Source: Candidatus Parcubacteria bacterium (lineage in GTDB: Bacteria; Patescibacteriota; Patescibacteriia; PEXW01). From it: a DNA stretch of 64,000 bases. The notes under the pieces are model-generated. The model searched no databases. It was given only the letters and a program-made list of their open reading frames with translations, and was not told the origin of the DNA. This document shows positions 38,617-48,215 of the stretch, piece after piece. The position numbers were made by a program, and so were the translations under genes. The stretch is from assembly GCA_003597955.1 (NCBI GenBank), contig QZJU01000021.1:44880-108879 (forward strand), given 5' to 3'. The first letter of the stretch is position 1; the number at the start of each line of letters is the position of its first letter.

Positions 38617-41600
38617 TTAACGAACCGTTACCGAGCTTGTCCCCACGCCACCATCAAGGTTCACCACCTTAATAGTCTTCTTGCCTTTGGTAAGCTGAGT
38701 GCCATCTATGGTCAGCTGGATTTCCTTGCTGTTCTTGTATTTCACGGTTGTAGCTTTGCCGCCGACGGTGACCACAATGCCCGAAGCGAAGTTTTCGCCT
38801 TTAAGCGTTAGTTTGGCTGTGGCATTGGCAGTAGAAAGCGTGCCGGTCACTTTGCTGACCTTAGGTTTTAGTACGACCAAGCTGACATTCGAGCCGGAGA
38901 TCTTGATCCGCGGGCTGTTTTCTGACAAGGCCAGGTCTTCTTGAAAGCCTTTTTTGCCGAATTTAAAGACTTTGACATCGTTGCGGTTGCGAGTTTGGGT
39001 CAAGATGGCCAAACTGGCCAAACCCGCCTGATGAGCCTCCAAAGTCGTGACTTTCACCGAGCTGCTGCGCGTGGCGCCTGTGGCGATTTTATAACTCGCG
39101 AATTTTTTAGCCGCGTTATAAACTTTCACTTCAGTATTCGGCGCTTCTTTGCCCACCGTCAAGTCAGATTTGCCGTCTTTGGTCAAATCAGCCAAAAGCA
39201 GGCTGATCGAACCCTTATAGTTTTTGTACGGCTCCAAGGTTTTAACCAGTTTGCCTGAAGTGCTATAAACCTTAATTACGCTTTTGCCGGATTTAAGTTT
39301 TTCCGCCGGCGAAACAAAGATCCATTGCCCGGTTTTACTGCCGTAATTCGCCGTTGCCACATTTATGTTTGTGCCAGGGAAGGCTTTTATGGTTTTTTTA
39401 TTGACCGTAAAGCTGCCTTTATTTTTGCCCGTGCCCTTAGTGACGGCTTTTAAGGCTTTGGCGCTGGCATTGGTCACCAAACTATGCTTGGAGAAGTGGT
39501 CGCTTAAGACTGTTATGGTGTTATTCTCCAAATCTTGGGTGACATTAGACGGGGACTTCCAGGTGTTTGAGGTTTCATCAAAGTATTTTGGCAACAAGGC
39601 GCTTTCGTCCACGCCCGCGCCCTCCAACATTTTATCCGTGTACTTGAAAGTAATGGTTACGTTGGAATTGAACTTGGTAATCTCCGCGCCACTGCTGTTT
39701 AACGCTTTAAATTCGTAGCCGTACCAAGCCGGTTTGGCGGTTGACATGCTCATCAGGTTGGCAGTTGGCGTAGCTGTCAAAGTTATATTACCCTGGGTAG
39801 CAAAAGCCGAAGCGCCGGCTGTAATTGAAGTACCATCTTCCAAAATTATTGATTGCGCCTGTGTGGCATCGAAGGTGGTTGAGAAGGGTGCGGGCAAGCG
39901 GAAATTACTGTTGGCATCCAATCTGAAGTCCTGGGTGATGGTTTTTTGCGAACCGTCGACCACGATTGTGATTTCTTCGCTCCGCGCGAAATTATTGTCC
40001 CAGGCCGAATCGCAGCCAATGTGCCAAACGCCTTTGGAAACATTTATTTCATAGGCGCCATTGCGAACCTCGCCACCCGAGAAATTCCCGGTTTCTTCCC
40101 AGCCATGACAGAAGCCAAATGGTCCGCCGCCCGCAACGCGGCCTTTTATCTTAGCGTCGGCTTGGCGGAAGGCCAAGGTCACATTTGCCGTTTTTGCGCT
40201 GGTCAGATCGATTATCTGTGATTTTGCTGGCATATCAGGCGATCCGGGTTGGGGATTAGCCCGCACTTCATACTTGTGTCCGGTTAAGACCGTGATGCTT
40301 GCATTCCCGTTCCGATCGGTTTGGCCACCAACATGCAAGATATTTTTCATGTCTTGCGCGTTCGCCGGTCCGCCCATGGCTTGATTGGCTTTATCCGTGG
40401 ATTCGCCTTTAACCTTGCCTTTGAAAAACGACGCTCCGGTCATTTGGCCTTCGGGTGGGCCGAATTTCATGCACTCTTGTTCGTTTTCAGGCTTGGAACA
40501 AAAGGCTTTGCATTCCGTCTCGGTTTTGCATCCCCCTGGCCCAACCTGCACTTTGCCTGGAGCCGTGGAGGGGCCTTTAAACTTACCGCATTCGGCTTGG
40601 TTGGCCTTCTTTGAGCAGAAGTCAACGCAAGCCATGACATTTTTACATCCGCCAGGACCTTGAGCGATGCCAGGTAAGGCGGTTTTTTTGCACAATTCAA
40701 TCTGCTTTTTGTCATTCTTTTTTCTGGCCGTCTGGCAGATTTGGAACGGATCGCCCTTTTTGCCGTTTTTGTCTTTAAATTCCTGGCTTTGCAGGTTCTT
40801 AGGACCTTCGGGTCCAGGTCCGCCAGCCCGGTTAAAGACCTCAATTTCGTTGCCGATATCAACCCAGGCATTGGGGATGGGGGCGCCATTTGAGCCCAGA
40901 ACTTGGACATTCACCTTGCCGTCGCCGATTAAAGCCGTGATGTTCTTAACGATGCTCTGTCCGGCCTTGACTTCAATTGGGTCTGGTGCGGGATTGCTAT
41001 TCAAGAGGCCGCTGCCGTCGGCAAAATGGTAATTGAAATAGTATTTACCCGCCACCACGGAAATTCGGTAACTGCAGTCTTCCTTAAACATGGTGTTACG
41101 GCCACCTTTGGCCGGGTTGTGTACAAAGACTTCACCAAAAGAAAATTGTCCAGCCGGGGGCGTGCATTTGGTCAAAGGGATGCCGTTTACATCCACCAAA
41201 GAACCATATATAGAAGAATTATTTTTCACTAAAGTAAGTGTGGCGTCCGTGGTGCTGTTAGCGGCGATAGCGACGGTAGCGCCGACATCGCTAACTGAAT
41301 ATTCTGATTCCGGCGGCATGTGCATGCCTAATTGCACTAAGGAGAAAACCGAAGAAGGAAGTTTAATGATAGCAATGCCATCCGGATTTAAAGAGCCGCC
41401 GTAATTCTGTCCCGGACCGAACTCTTGGGCTCCGGCCTTTTGCGCCCAAACCCAACCATTAATTCCGTTTACGGTGTTGCCGGCCTCGTCTTTGACAGTC
41501 ACGCGGATGGTGGCGTCAGCTTTCACGACAACCACATTGCCGATTGCGGCTGAGGATGTATCGGTTTCAAGAATTACCTCAGGAATCATTGCGCTGGACA

Positions 41601-42789
41601 CATACATTGGCGCGCTTGGGTTATTCGGGTCAACCCAATTGTCGATATTGACATTGCACCGACCAGCCAAGACTGCGATATCAAAAGTACCGTTGCTGGC
41701 AGAGGTGGCATTACCATTAACGCCAGGTTGCGGGCCCATATTGTTGGTGGAACCCAAAGGCATACACCAAGCGTTAATCCTGACATTGCCAACAGGCGTG
41801 CCGCTGCCGTCAACTAGCGTGCCGGTGATGTGCGCGGTTTTTTCTTTTACGGCAAAGTTGGCAGTAGCCGTTTGTCCGTCTGTAACGCTCACAATAGCGG
41901 AGGTGGCGGTTAAGTTCTGATTTTCATTATTCCAGTAACTGACATTAAAGGTTCCGGCAGGCACGCGCATGGAATAAGAACCGCCCACAACTTGAGCGTT
42001 GCCGCCACCGCCCGGGCCCATGGTTGACCACGCATTCATGTTTCCACTGGTAACCGGCGCGCCAGTACTGGCGTAGGTCACTGTGCCGGTGATAGTGGCC
42101 GTGGCTTTAGTGACTTGGAAATTCACGGTCCGAGTTTCAGCGGAATTGTCATTCGTGAATGTTACATCATAAGGTGGTTCGTTGTAGGACCAATCAGCCC
42201 CTGCGGGCGGCGTAAGATTAAGACCGTATTTGGAACTGGCCGCGAGAGTGAGCGTGTAATTGCCGTTTGCGTCAGTTGTAGCGTTGCCGCCCCCGGGATT
42301 AAAGTATGACCAGCTATTTACGATTGCGCCGACTACGGGCGTGGAAGTGCCCCGGTAGGTAATCGTGCCGGTAATAGTTTTGGGCGGTACGGTTAAATTC
42401 AGATTTTTATTAGTGACGTCCGTGTTAACCGTGAACGGCGCTGAAACCGCGCGCGTGAGACCGGATTGGGAATAATCCGGCATGGCTTCTAAAATGTAGG
42501 TTCCGGGAAAGACGCCAGCGATTGAGTAATTACCGTTTTCCCCAGGGTTTATCCATCGGCCGTAGTGGTAAAGGTGGTCGGTTGTGTATAAATCGACCTG
42601 AACATTGACGGCCGGCGTGACACCGTCAGGGCGATATATTGTGCCGCTGACCGTGTAAGTGTCTTGAGCTAAAGCCTTAAGAGGGTTAAAAAGTGAGCTT
42701 ATGCCAGAACCGAAAGGCAAACCGGTTATGGCCAAAATAGTCAATATGCCAAATAAGCGTTTGATTATTTTGAAAGGTTTTTTACGCAT
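38617..42789 (-). CDS. Large (1390-aa) secreted or surface repetitive protein with tandem Cys4 modules.
   Basis: N-terminal signal peptide. Beta-rich T/N/G/S repeats. Two tandem modules of about 34 aa (PGGCK-x4-C-x2-FCSK...EC-x-KFGP) near residues 700-770. Confidence 0.65.
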   Translation of the reverse strand: MRKKPFKIIKRLFGILTILAITGLPFGSGISSLFNPLKALAQDTYTVSGTIYRPDGVTPAVNVQVDLYTTDHLYHYGRWINPGENGNYSIAGVFPGTYILEAMPDYSQSGLTRAVSAPFTVNTDVTNKNLNLTVPPKTITGTITYRGTSTPVVGAIVNSWSYFNPGGGNATTDANGNYTLTLAASSKYGLNLTPPAGADWSYNEPPYDVTFTNDNSAETRTVNFQVTKATATITGTVTYASTGAPVTSGNMNAWSTMGPGGGGNAQVVGGSYSMRVPAGTFNVSYWNNENQNLTATSAIVSVTDGQTATANFAVKEKTAHITGTLVDGSGTPVGNVRINAWCMPLGSTNNMGPQPGVNGNATSASNGTFDIAVLAGRCNVNIDNWVDPNNPSAPMYVSSAMIPEVILETDTSSAAIGNVVVVKADATIRVTVKDEAGNTVNGINGWVWAQKAGAQEFGPGQNYGGSLNPDGIAIIKLPSSVFSLVQLGMHMPPESEYSVSDVGATVAIAANSTTDATLTLVKNNSSIYGSLVDVNGIPLTKCTPPAGQFSFGEVFVHNPAKGGRNTMFKEDCSYRISVVAGKYYFNYHFADGSGLLNSNPAPDPIEVKAGQSIVKNITALIGDGKVNVQVLGSNGAPIPNAWVDIGNEIEVFNRAGGPGPEGPKNLQSQEFKDKNGKKGDPFQICQTARKKNDKKQIELCKKTALPGIAQGPGGCKNVMACVDFCSKKANQAECGKFKGPSTAPGKVQVGPGGCKTETECKAFCSKPENEQECMKFGPPEGQMTGASFFKGKVKGESTDKANQAMGGPANAQDMKNILHVGGQTDRNGNASITVLTGHKYEVRANPQPGSPDMPAKSQIIDLTSAKTANVTLAFRQADAKIKGRVAGGGPFGFCHGWEETGNFSGGEVRNGAYEINVSKGVWHIGCDSAWDNNFARSEEITIVVDGSQKTITQDFRLDANSNFRLPAPFSTTFDATQAQSIILEDGTSITAGASAFATQGNITLTATPTANLMSMSTAKPAWYGYEFKALNSSGAEITKFNSNVTITFKYTDKMLEGAGVDESALLPKYFDETSNTWKSPSNVTQDLENNTITVLSDHFSKHSLVTNASAKALKAVTKGTGKNKGSFTVNKKTIKAFPGTNINVATANYGSKTGQWIFVSPAEKLKSGKSVIKVYSTSGKLVKTLEPYKNYKGSISLLLADLTKDGKSDLTVGKEAPNTEVKVYNAAKKFASYKIATGATRSSSVKVTTLEAHQAGLASLAILTQTRNRNDVKVFKFGKKGFQEDLALSENSPRIKISGSNVSLVVLKPKVSKVTGTLSTANATAKLTLKGENFASGIVVTVGGKATTVKYKNSKEIQLTIDGTQLTKGKKTIKVVNLDGGVGTSSVTVR

Positions 42790-43020
42790 ATTTTATTCGT
42801 TAATAAAAAATAACCCAACGCCGCCGACAAACGGCGCGAGGAAAATTAAAGAAAAAGCTTGATGAATTTTTAGGTTTTTTATCGCTCATTTAATAAGCCG
42901 AAGCTGGCTTAAACTGAGGATTAACTTAAAATTAACTATAACAAACTAAGCCCAGCCTTGACAAGTTAAGCCAGAAATCAATTATTTTGGACAATTAATC
43001 TGTAGGCGCCTGAATTTTTT

Positions 43021-43154
43021 AACATCGATCACCACCGGCAAAATCACCCTGTACCATTAAAGGGTACGGGATGAGAATAGTCGAAAAGCCTGTTTAGACA
43101 AGCGTAAAAACTTAATTTAATTAAACATCAATTACCACTGGCAAGATCATTGGG
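43021..43154. repeat. Imperfect ~30-bp direct repeat duplicating the rnj 3' end, flanking a GTACC-type hairpin.
   Basis: Copy B (43123-43154) is the rnj C-terminus (...RRPMILPVVIDV*). Copy A (43021-43052) would encode RVILPVVIDVKK. The hairpin CACCCTGTACC-attaaa-GGGTACGGG at 43045-43070 lies between them. Confidence 0.5.
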
Positions 43155-44839
43155 CGTCGGTTGGTTTTATTAAAGAAGTATTGGCCCAATTCATCACGGA
43201 TTTTATTACCGATATAGGCGTCATTTGCCTCGGTATGGCTTTTTTTATCTTTAAAAAAGGTTTTGACGCGTTTTCTAGTTTCTTCAATCAAGGCCTTGCT
43301 GGTTTTGATGTGCACAAAACCGCGAGTAATGATGTCAGGCTCGCCAATGATATTGCCCGTGTGCCGATCAACATTAACAATCACTACGACCATACCGTCA
43401 GCGGCCAGCATTTGTCGGTCGCGCAAGACCACATTGGAAACATCGCCGACGCCTAAGCCGTCGACAAAGACATAATCAGTTACAGCTTTTTGGTTAAGGA
43501 GTTTGGGCTGGCCATGGGTGAATTCCAGAATCGCACCGTTGTCCAGCACAAAAATTTTTTCCCGGGGGAAGCCTTCGCGAACCGCTAATTTTTCCGCTTC
43601 TTTGTGGAAATAGTGGTTGGCGTAAACCGGCAAAAAATAAGTCGGCCGGATTTGCTTGAGCACGGTTTTCATGTCTTCGGCCGTGCTGTGACCGCTGGAA
43701 TGAATATCCATAATATCGCTGTGGATGACGTTATCGCTGACGCGATAAAGATTGTCTTTCAACCTTTGGATGGTGCGTTCATTGCCTGGAATGATTGAAG
43801 ACGAAAAAACAATAGTGTCGGTTTTTTGAATGCGGACGAAGCGATGGTTTCGGTTGATGATGCGGGAAAGCACGGCATTGCTTTCGCCCTGCGCGCCCGT
43901 GCATATGATGACGATTTTCCGGTCCGGATAATCGCGGATTCTTTCGATGGGAATTAAGGTTTCTTTTTTGATTTTTATGTAACCCAAGCGTTTAGCGGTT
44001 TCCACATTCATTTTCATACTAAAGCCGTCCAAGGCCACTCTTTTGCCGATTTTTTCACAAAACTCCAGGACGTATTTGATTCTTGCCACCTGGGAAGAAA
44101 AAGTGCCGATGATGATGCGGCCGGGCGCTTCACGAATCAGCTTTTCCAAATTGCCGTACATGGTTTTTTCCGTCACGCGATTATGGGTATGGGTCGCGCC
44201 CAGGCTCTCCAGCATTAAAATTGTGGGCTTGGGCAAGCGTGCCAGCTTGGAATATTCCACCGATTGCCGGCCCACCGGATCTTTTTCATAAGTCCAGTCG
44301 CCCGGGTGTATGACCGTGCCGTGGGGGGTGTTAAGAATAACGCCCATGGCATCCATTATTGAATGATCAACTGGGAAAAACCCAACCGAAAAATTTCCCA
44401 GGCGCAGGCGATCGTTGACTGATTTTACCGTAATAGTTTTTAGCCTCTGACTTGAGCCTTTTTTGTAATCTTCCTGCCGGTTTTTAATCAAGGCTAAAGT
44501 TAAAGGCCGGCCAATTATGCTCGGATTGCCCAGTTTTTCCAGCAGAATCGGTGCCGCACCAATATGGTCTAAATGGCCGTGGGTGAAGATTACACCCCGC
44601 ACCTTGGCTTCCTTGCCCTTTAAATAACTGATGTTAGGAATTATGTAATCAATTCCCAGCATGTCTTCTTCGGGGAATTGCACGCCCATATCCACAACAA
44701 CAATATCGTCCTTATATTCAAAGATGGTCATGTTGCGGCCAACTTCCTCTTGGCCGCCGACAGGAATAATTCTTAAACTGTCAGCCGGTTTGAGGCCTTG
44801 GAAGCTCTTGAATTTTTTAGGATTTTTATATTTTTTCAT
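43121..44839 (-). CDS. rnj: Ribonuclease J (beta-CASP metallo-beta-lactamase).
   Basis: HxHxDH motif (THGHLDHIG) and beta-CASP and C-terminal domains. The start is placed at MKKYKNP so the gene does not overlap the NUDIX gene. Confidence 0.88.
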   Translation of the reverse strand: MKKYKNPKKFKSFQGLKPADSLRIIPVGGQEEVGRNMTIFEYKDDIVVVDMGVQFPEEDMLGIDYIIPNISYLKGKEAKVRGVIFTHGHLDHIGAAPILLEKLGNPSIIGRPLTLALIKNRQEDYKKGSSQRLKTITVKSVNDRLRLGNFSVGFFPVDHSIMDAMGVILNTPHGTVIHPGDWTYEKDPVGRQSVEYSKLARLPKPTILMLESLGATHTHNRVTEKTMYGNLEKLIREAPGRIIIGTFSSQVARIKYVLEFCEKIGKRVALDGFSMKMNVETAKRLGYIKIKKETLIPIERIRDYPDRKIVIICTGAQGESNAVLSRIINRNHRFVRIQKTDTIVFSSSIIPGNERTIQRLKDNLYRVSDNVIHSDIMDIHSSGHSTAEDMKTVLKQIRPTYFLPVYANHYFHKEAEKLAVREGFPREKIFVLDNGAILEFTHGQPKLLNQKAVTDYVFVDGLGVGDVSNVVLRDRQMLAADGMVVVIVNVDRHTGNIIGEPDIITRGFVHIKTSKALIEETRKRVKTFFKDKKSHTEANDAYIGNKIRDELGQYFFNKTNRRPMILPVVIDV

Positions 44840-44843
44840 ATTT

Positions 44844-45284
44844 TTATTTTTGATTTTTCTTGAAACGGATAAAAGCTTTAATGGTTTTGTCATAAGTTTC
44901 GGCAAGATTTTTCTTTAGAGCTTGATCCGGCGCCACCCATAAATATTTGTTTAATTCACGGGTTTCCAACCTTATTCGTCCGCCTTTGGTGCGGCAGTAA
45001 ATATCAAAATAAATAAAATGGGCCGGACGGTAAAAGTCCTTAGAATTTATCAGTTCGCCCCAGGCGACAATCGCAATCGCTTTTAACTTTAAACCCGTTT
45101 CTTCTTGGGCTTCCCGAATTTGAGAGGTCAGAATGTTTTCACCGGGTTCCAGGTGTCCGCCCGGCAGAGTCCATTTGTTATGCCATTTTTGGGAGCGCAC
45201 CAGAAGAATTTGTCCTTTTGGATTCTCAATAATTGCTGAACCGACAACTTCAATACCTTTAGTAAACTTGAGGTTTTTTTTCAT
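44844..45284 (-). CDS. NUDIX hydrolase.
   Basis: Nudix box GGHLEPGENILTSQIREAQEETGL. Confidence 0.75.
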   Translation of the reverse strand: MKKNLKFTKGIEVVGSAIIENPKGQILLVRSQKWHNKWTLPGGHLEPGENILTSQIREAQEETGLKLKAIAIVAWGELINSKDFYRPAHFIYFDIYCRTKGGRIRLETRELNKYLWVAPDQALKKNLAETYDKTIKAFIRFKKNQK

Positions 45285-45305
45285 TGCTGACAAATAATTT
45301 TAAAA

Positions 45306-45397
45306 TGGTGTCCTAGGTAGGTGGGACTCGTACTCCCATGACCTTGCGGTCATCCGCCTAGGCGGGACGCGTCAGTTGGTGCACTCTACTGGACAAG
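45306..45397 (-). other. tRNA-like or structured RNA-like element ending in ACACCA. It did not fold as a canonical cloverleaf.
   Basis: Read on the - strand: GTGCAC, GACGCGTC, CCGC-CTAG-GCGG, ATGACC-GCAA-GGTCAT (GNRA hairpin), and TGGGA-GTACGAG-TCCCA (T-arm-like), then ...GGACACCA. Confidence 0.3.
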
Positions 45398-45572
45398 TTT
45401 AGAACCCTGAAATGGGAGGATTATTACCGCTTTCCAGAAGTAGCGCTACAGCAAATGAAATCTTTATTGCAAATGTACCCTGCTCCAATTTCCTAATACT
45501 AGCTTAAAAGCGTTTAAAAATCAAGGGAAAAGTGGTAAAATAGAAGACAAGTAAAGATGTAACGAAGAAGTA

Positions 45573-46127
45573 ATGAAAAAAGAGCAAAATCATCCACAAA
45601 CTAGGGAGCGTATCGCACGGTTGTTGATAGACAAGGGGTTTTTAGAAATGCTGGAAAAAGGGCGTACAAAAAAGAATGAGGAGTTAGATAAGTGGATTTG
45701 TGAGATACGAAAAAACTTCAATCTTTCAAAGTATTATCACAGAGTGTTGCAGACAATAATTTCTATTCCTGACATTCAATATCAAAAGTTCTTAGCTGGC
45801 ACAGCGTGTATCATCGCATTACCTGATGAGTGTCGTAAGAAAAATTATTTTGCAATAGAAGTATTCCCTGAAACATCAGAAAAAGACGTGGTAAGAGCAT
45901 TTTCGGCAATACGCAAGAAATATCACGAATCAGATGAAATACCAAAACGGCTTCGAACCTCACCAAGTTTTTCCAAACAACAGTATGCCTTACAGAGGAG
46001 CGAAGATGGAGCAACGTATAAGAAAATTGCAGAAGAATTGAAGCAAATGGGTTATTCTACGACCTATTTTGAGGTTTCAGATTTAATAAGAAAAATCAAA
46101 AACAAGGCTAAGTCGGTTTCTGGTTGA
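45573..46127 (+). CDS. Hypothetical protein (element cargo) with a possible C-terminal HTH.
   Basis: ORF of 184 aa. The C-terminal ATYKKIAEELKQMGYSTTYFEVSDLIRKIK resembles a sigma-70 region-4-like HTH. Confidence 0.45.
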   Translation: MKKEQNHPQTRERIARLLIDKGFLEMLEKGRTKKNEELDKWICEIRKNFNLSKYYHRVLQTIISIPDIQYQKFLAGTACIIALPDECRKKNYFAIEVFPETSEKDVVRAFSAIRKKYHESDEIPKRLRTSPSFSKQQYALQRSEDGATYKKIAEELKQMGYSTTYFEVSDLIRKIKNKAKSVSG

Positions 46128-46351
46128 TAACGATATAGTTATCGGCCTTATACGTGATTTTGATAGGTAGATAGACTGTGGGTAGAAAGCTCACAGTCTT
46201 ATGAAACTAAGTAGCCAAAAATTATCTGAATTAAAGCAAATCATACAGGATGATTTTGGTGTCAAGCTTGATGACCAATTCGTTTTTGTTATTGGCAGTG
46301 AACTTATTGCACTATTTGACCATTTGTACTCTTACGATTTTCAACAAAAAA

Positions 46352-46645
46352 ATGAGCAACCTAACGAGCGTAACTGAAATATCAATCACGCCTATTAGAC
46401 CACGAGATGGTCTTACCGCTTTTGCCTCTTTTGTCCTTGACGATAAGTATTTCGTTGCAGGCGTAGCAATTTTTACAAAATTGAGCGGTGGCTTCCGCTT
46501 GGTTTTCCCGACCCGCAAAATTGGTCAAACCAATCTCAATTTGTTTAATCCAATCAAGCGTGAAGTTGGCGAGATAATTGAGAGAAAAGTTAGTGAAGAA
46601 TTAACAAAACTGTATGATAGACAACTTACGGAATATAAAACTTAG
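46352..46645 (+). CDS. SpoVG-like protein.
   Basis: ITPIRPRDGLTAFASFVLDDKYFVAGVAIFTKLSGGFRLVFPTRK matches the SpoVG fold signature. The start is placed at MSNLTSV. Confidence 0.6.
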   Translation: MSNLTSVTEISITPIRPRDGLTAFASFVLDDKYFVAGVAIFTKLSGGFRLVFPTRKIGQTNLNLFNPIKREVGEIIERKVSEELTKLYDRQLTEYKT

Positions 46646-46679
46646 AGTCCCTAAATGTTGGCAGGATAAAAGGATAATG

Positions 46680-47033
46680 CGTTTTTTGAGAAAACATTAT
46701 TCGGGGAAAAAACGTACAACCGCCATAGCAATTTATGTAACTCTAAGCGAGATGGCAAGTAATGCTAATTCAGAAACCTTTAAGTCCTATTACAGTCAAA
46801 TTGGTGAGATGGCTGGTAAATCATCATCAACCATCAAGCGTTATTGCAATGATTTTATCAAGCTGACTATTTTAGAAAAAAAGAATCATAAGAAGGGGAA
46901 GCACAACTTAGCTAATCAGTGGTCGTTACTAGCATACTCTCCAATGAGATTACAGTCGGGTCGTAATAATGACCTGACCCCTAATAAAATTAGTCTCAAC
47001 CAAGGCCAAAATAATAACCCCGACTCCATTTAA
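46680..47033 (+). CDS. Hypothetical, possibly a winged-helix DNA-binding protein (element cargo).
   Basis: The start is placed at MRFLRK. The ORF track start at 46614 overlaps the preceding gene. Confidence 0.4.
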   Translation, partial: RFLRKHYSGKKRTTAIAIYVTLSEMASNANSETFKSYYSQIGEMAGKSSSTIKRYCNDFIKLTILEKKNHKKGKHNLANQWSLLAYSPMRLQSGRNNDLTPNKISLNQGQNNNPDSI

Positions 47034-47132
47034 TATACTGACCACATCTCTACTTACCTAATGACCCACTAATAGAATATATTACTTAGAATTATTTACT
47101 AAGAAGGATACCCCCCATAAGCTAATCCTTAT

Positions 47133-47501
47133 ATGAAGTGTCAATTTACAAAACAAGACGGCCAACAATGTGAGGGAAATGCAATATATGATAGCCAGTA
47201 TTGTTTTTCGCATAACCCTGACAGTCGGCAGGCAAAGAATGAGGCAGTCTTAAACGGCGGGCTTGCCCTCAAAAAAATAAAGTTTGAATTAGAAGAAGTC
47301 GAAATAAAATCTATTCAGGACATCACTGCACTTTTGGCCAAAACAATAAATGAACTTAGGACTAACAAAATCCCACCCAAAATCGCCGTTAATATAGGTT
47401 ATTTATCAAACATCATGATTACATCTCTTAAGGAGGGTGAGATTGAAAAAAGATTGGAGGTGATAGAAAATGCAATCAAACTACATAAGTCGAATGAATA
47501 A
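47133..47501 (+). CDS. Hypothetical protein with an N-terminal Cys4 cluster (element cargo).
   Basis: CQFTKQDGQQCEGNAIYDSQYCFSH. Confidence 0.45.
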   Translation: MKCQFTKQDGQQCEGNAIYDSQYCFSHNPDSRQAKNEAVLNGGLALKKIKFELEEVEIKSIQDITALLAKTINELRTNKIPPKIAVNIGYLSNIMITSLKEGEIEKRLEVIENAIKLHKSNE

Positions 47502-48051
47502 AATTATTTCCGAAATGGATTTACCAGCGATGGATGAGCATTTTTTCAATAGTGGAGGTTTAAGTTTTTTAAATGGGCTACCAAAAGGCAAAGTGACGTC
47601 GTTACTTTTGTATGGGACATACCAATCCTCAAGGTTTTATCTTGTCACGGTAGCGTTTAATAAAATTAAACTCTTGACGTATATCAGCGAGCTGATTGCA
47701 GAAGAGTTTGAAAACCTAATTTTGTTATCATACCTCTTTAGTGTTTCAGGCGATGAGAAAACTGTGAGGATGAGAAAATTATTCTCTGATAAGAACCCCG
47801 ATGACACACTAAAGCAAATCTCCCAGTTAGTAGAGAGGCAATCGGTTTTACTAGAGGAATTATCGAAGTTGAAACCACTAATAAAGGAAAACCACAACAC
47901 ACCTTATGTTAGCGAGCAATTTGACGGCTGCAACTTGAAGGATTTGGAAAATAAAATCCTTAATGAGTCATTTTCAGTTGGTTTGGAGACAGCCAATTTA
48001 ATAGCAAAAAAACTCTTAATTTCGTTGACAAATAGCCTATATGAGGCATAA
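47470..48051 (+). CDS. Hypothetical protein (element cargo).
   Basis: ORF overlapping the previous gene by 32 nt (translationally coupled). Confidence 0.45.
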   Translation: MQSNYISRMNKIISEMDLPAMDEHFFNSGGLSFLNGLPKGKVTSLLLYGTYQSSRFYLVTVAFNKIKLLTYISELIAEEFENLILLSYLFSVSGDEKTVRMRKLFSDKNPDDTLKQISQLVERQSVLLEELSKLKPLIKENHNTPYVSEQFDGCNLKDLENKILNESFSVGLETANLIAKKLLISLTNSLYEA

Positions 48052-48215
48052 TTAAGGCACAATCTAAATAGCGGTGACACGCATTCAAGCCCCCGTAAGG
48101 GTGGGTCGAAGCGTGTCACCGCATTAAGCCCATACCTGCGGGGGCTTCAATTTCCAGACAAATATGCAGGTCATTAACAGTCAATTCTTTAAGAAAATAA
48201 TTAACCAAAAGAAGT

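Noticed and set aside
45306-45397. A canonical tRNA gene
   Set aside because: A T-arm-like hairpin and a 3' ACCA are present, but the acceptor segment after the T-stem is 16 nt and the 5' strand lacks complementarity. It is kept only as a low-confidence tRNA-like element.
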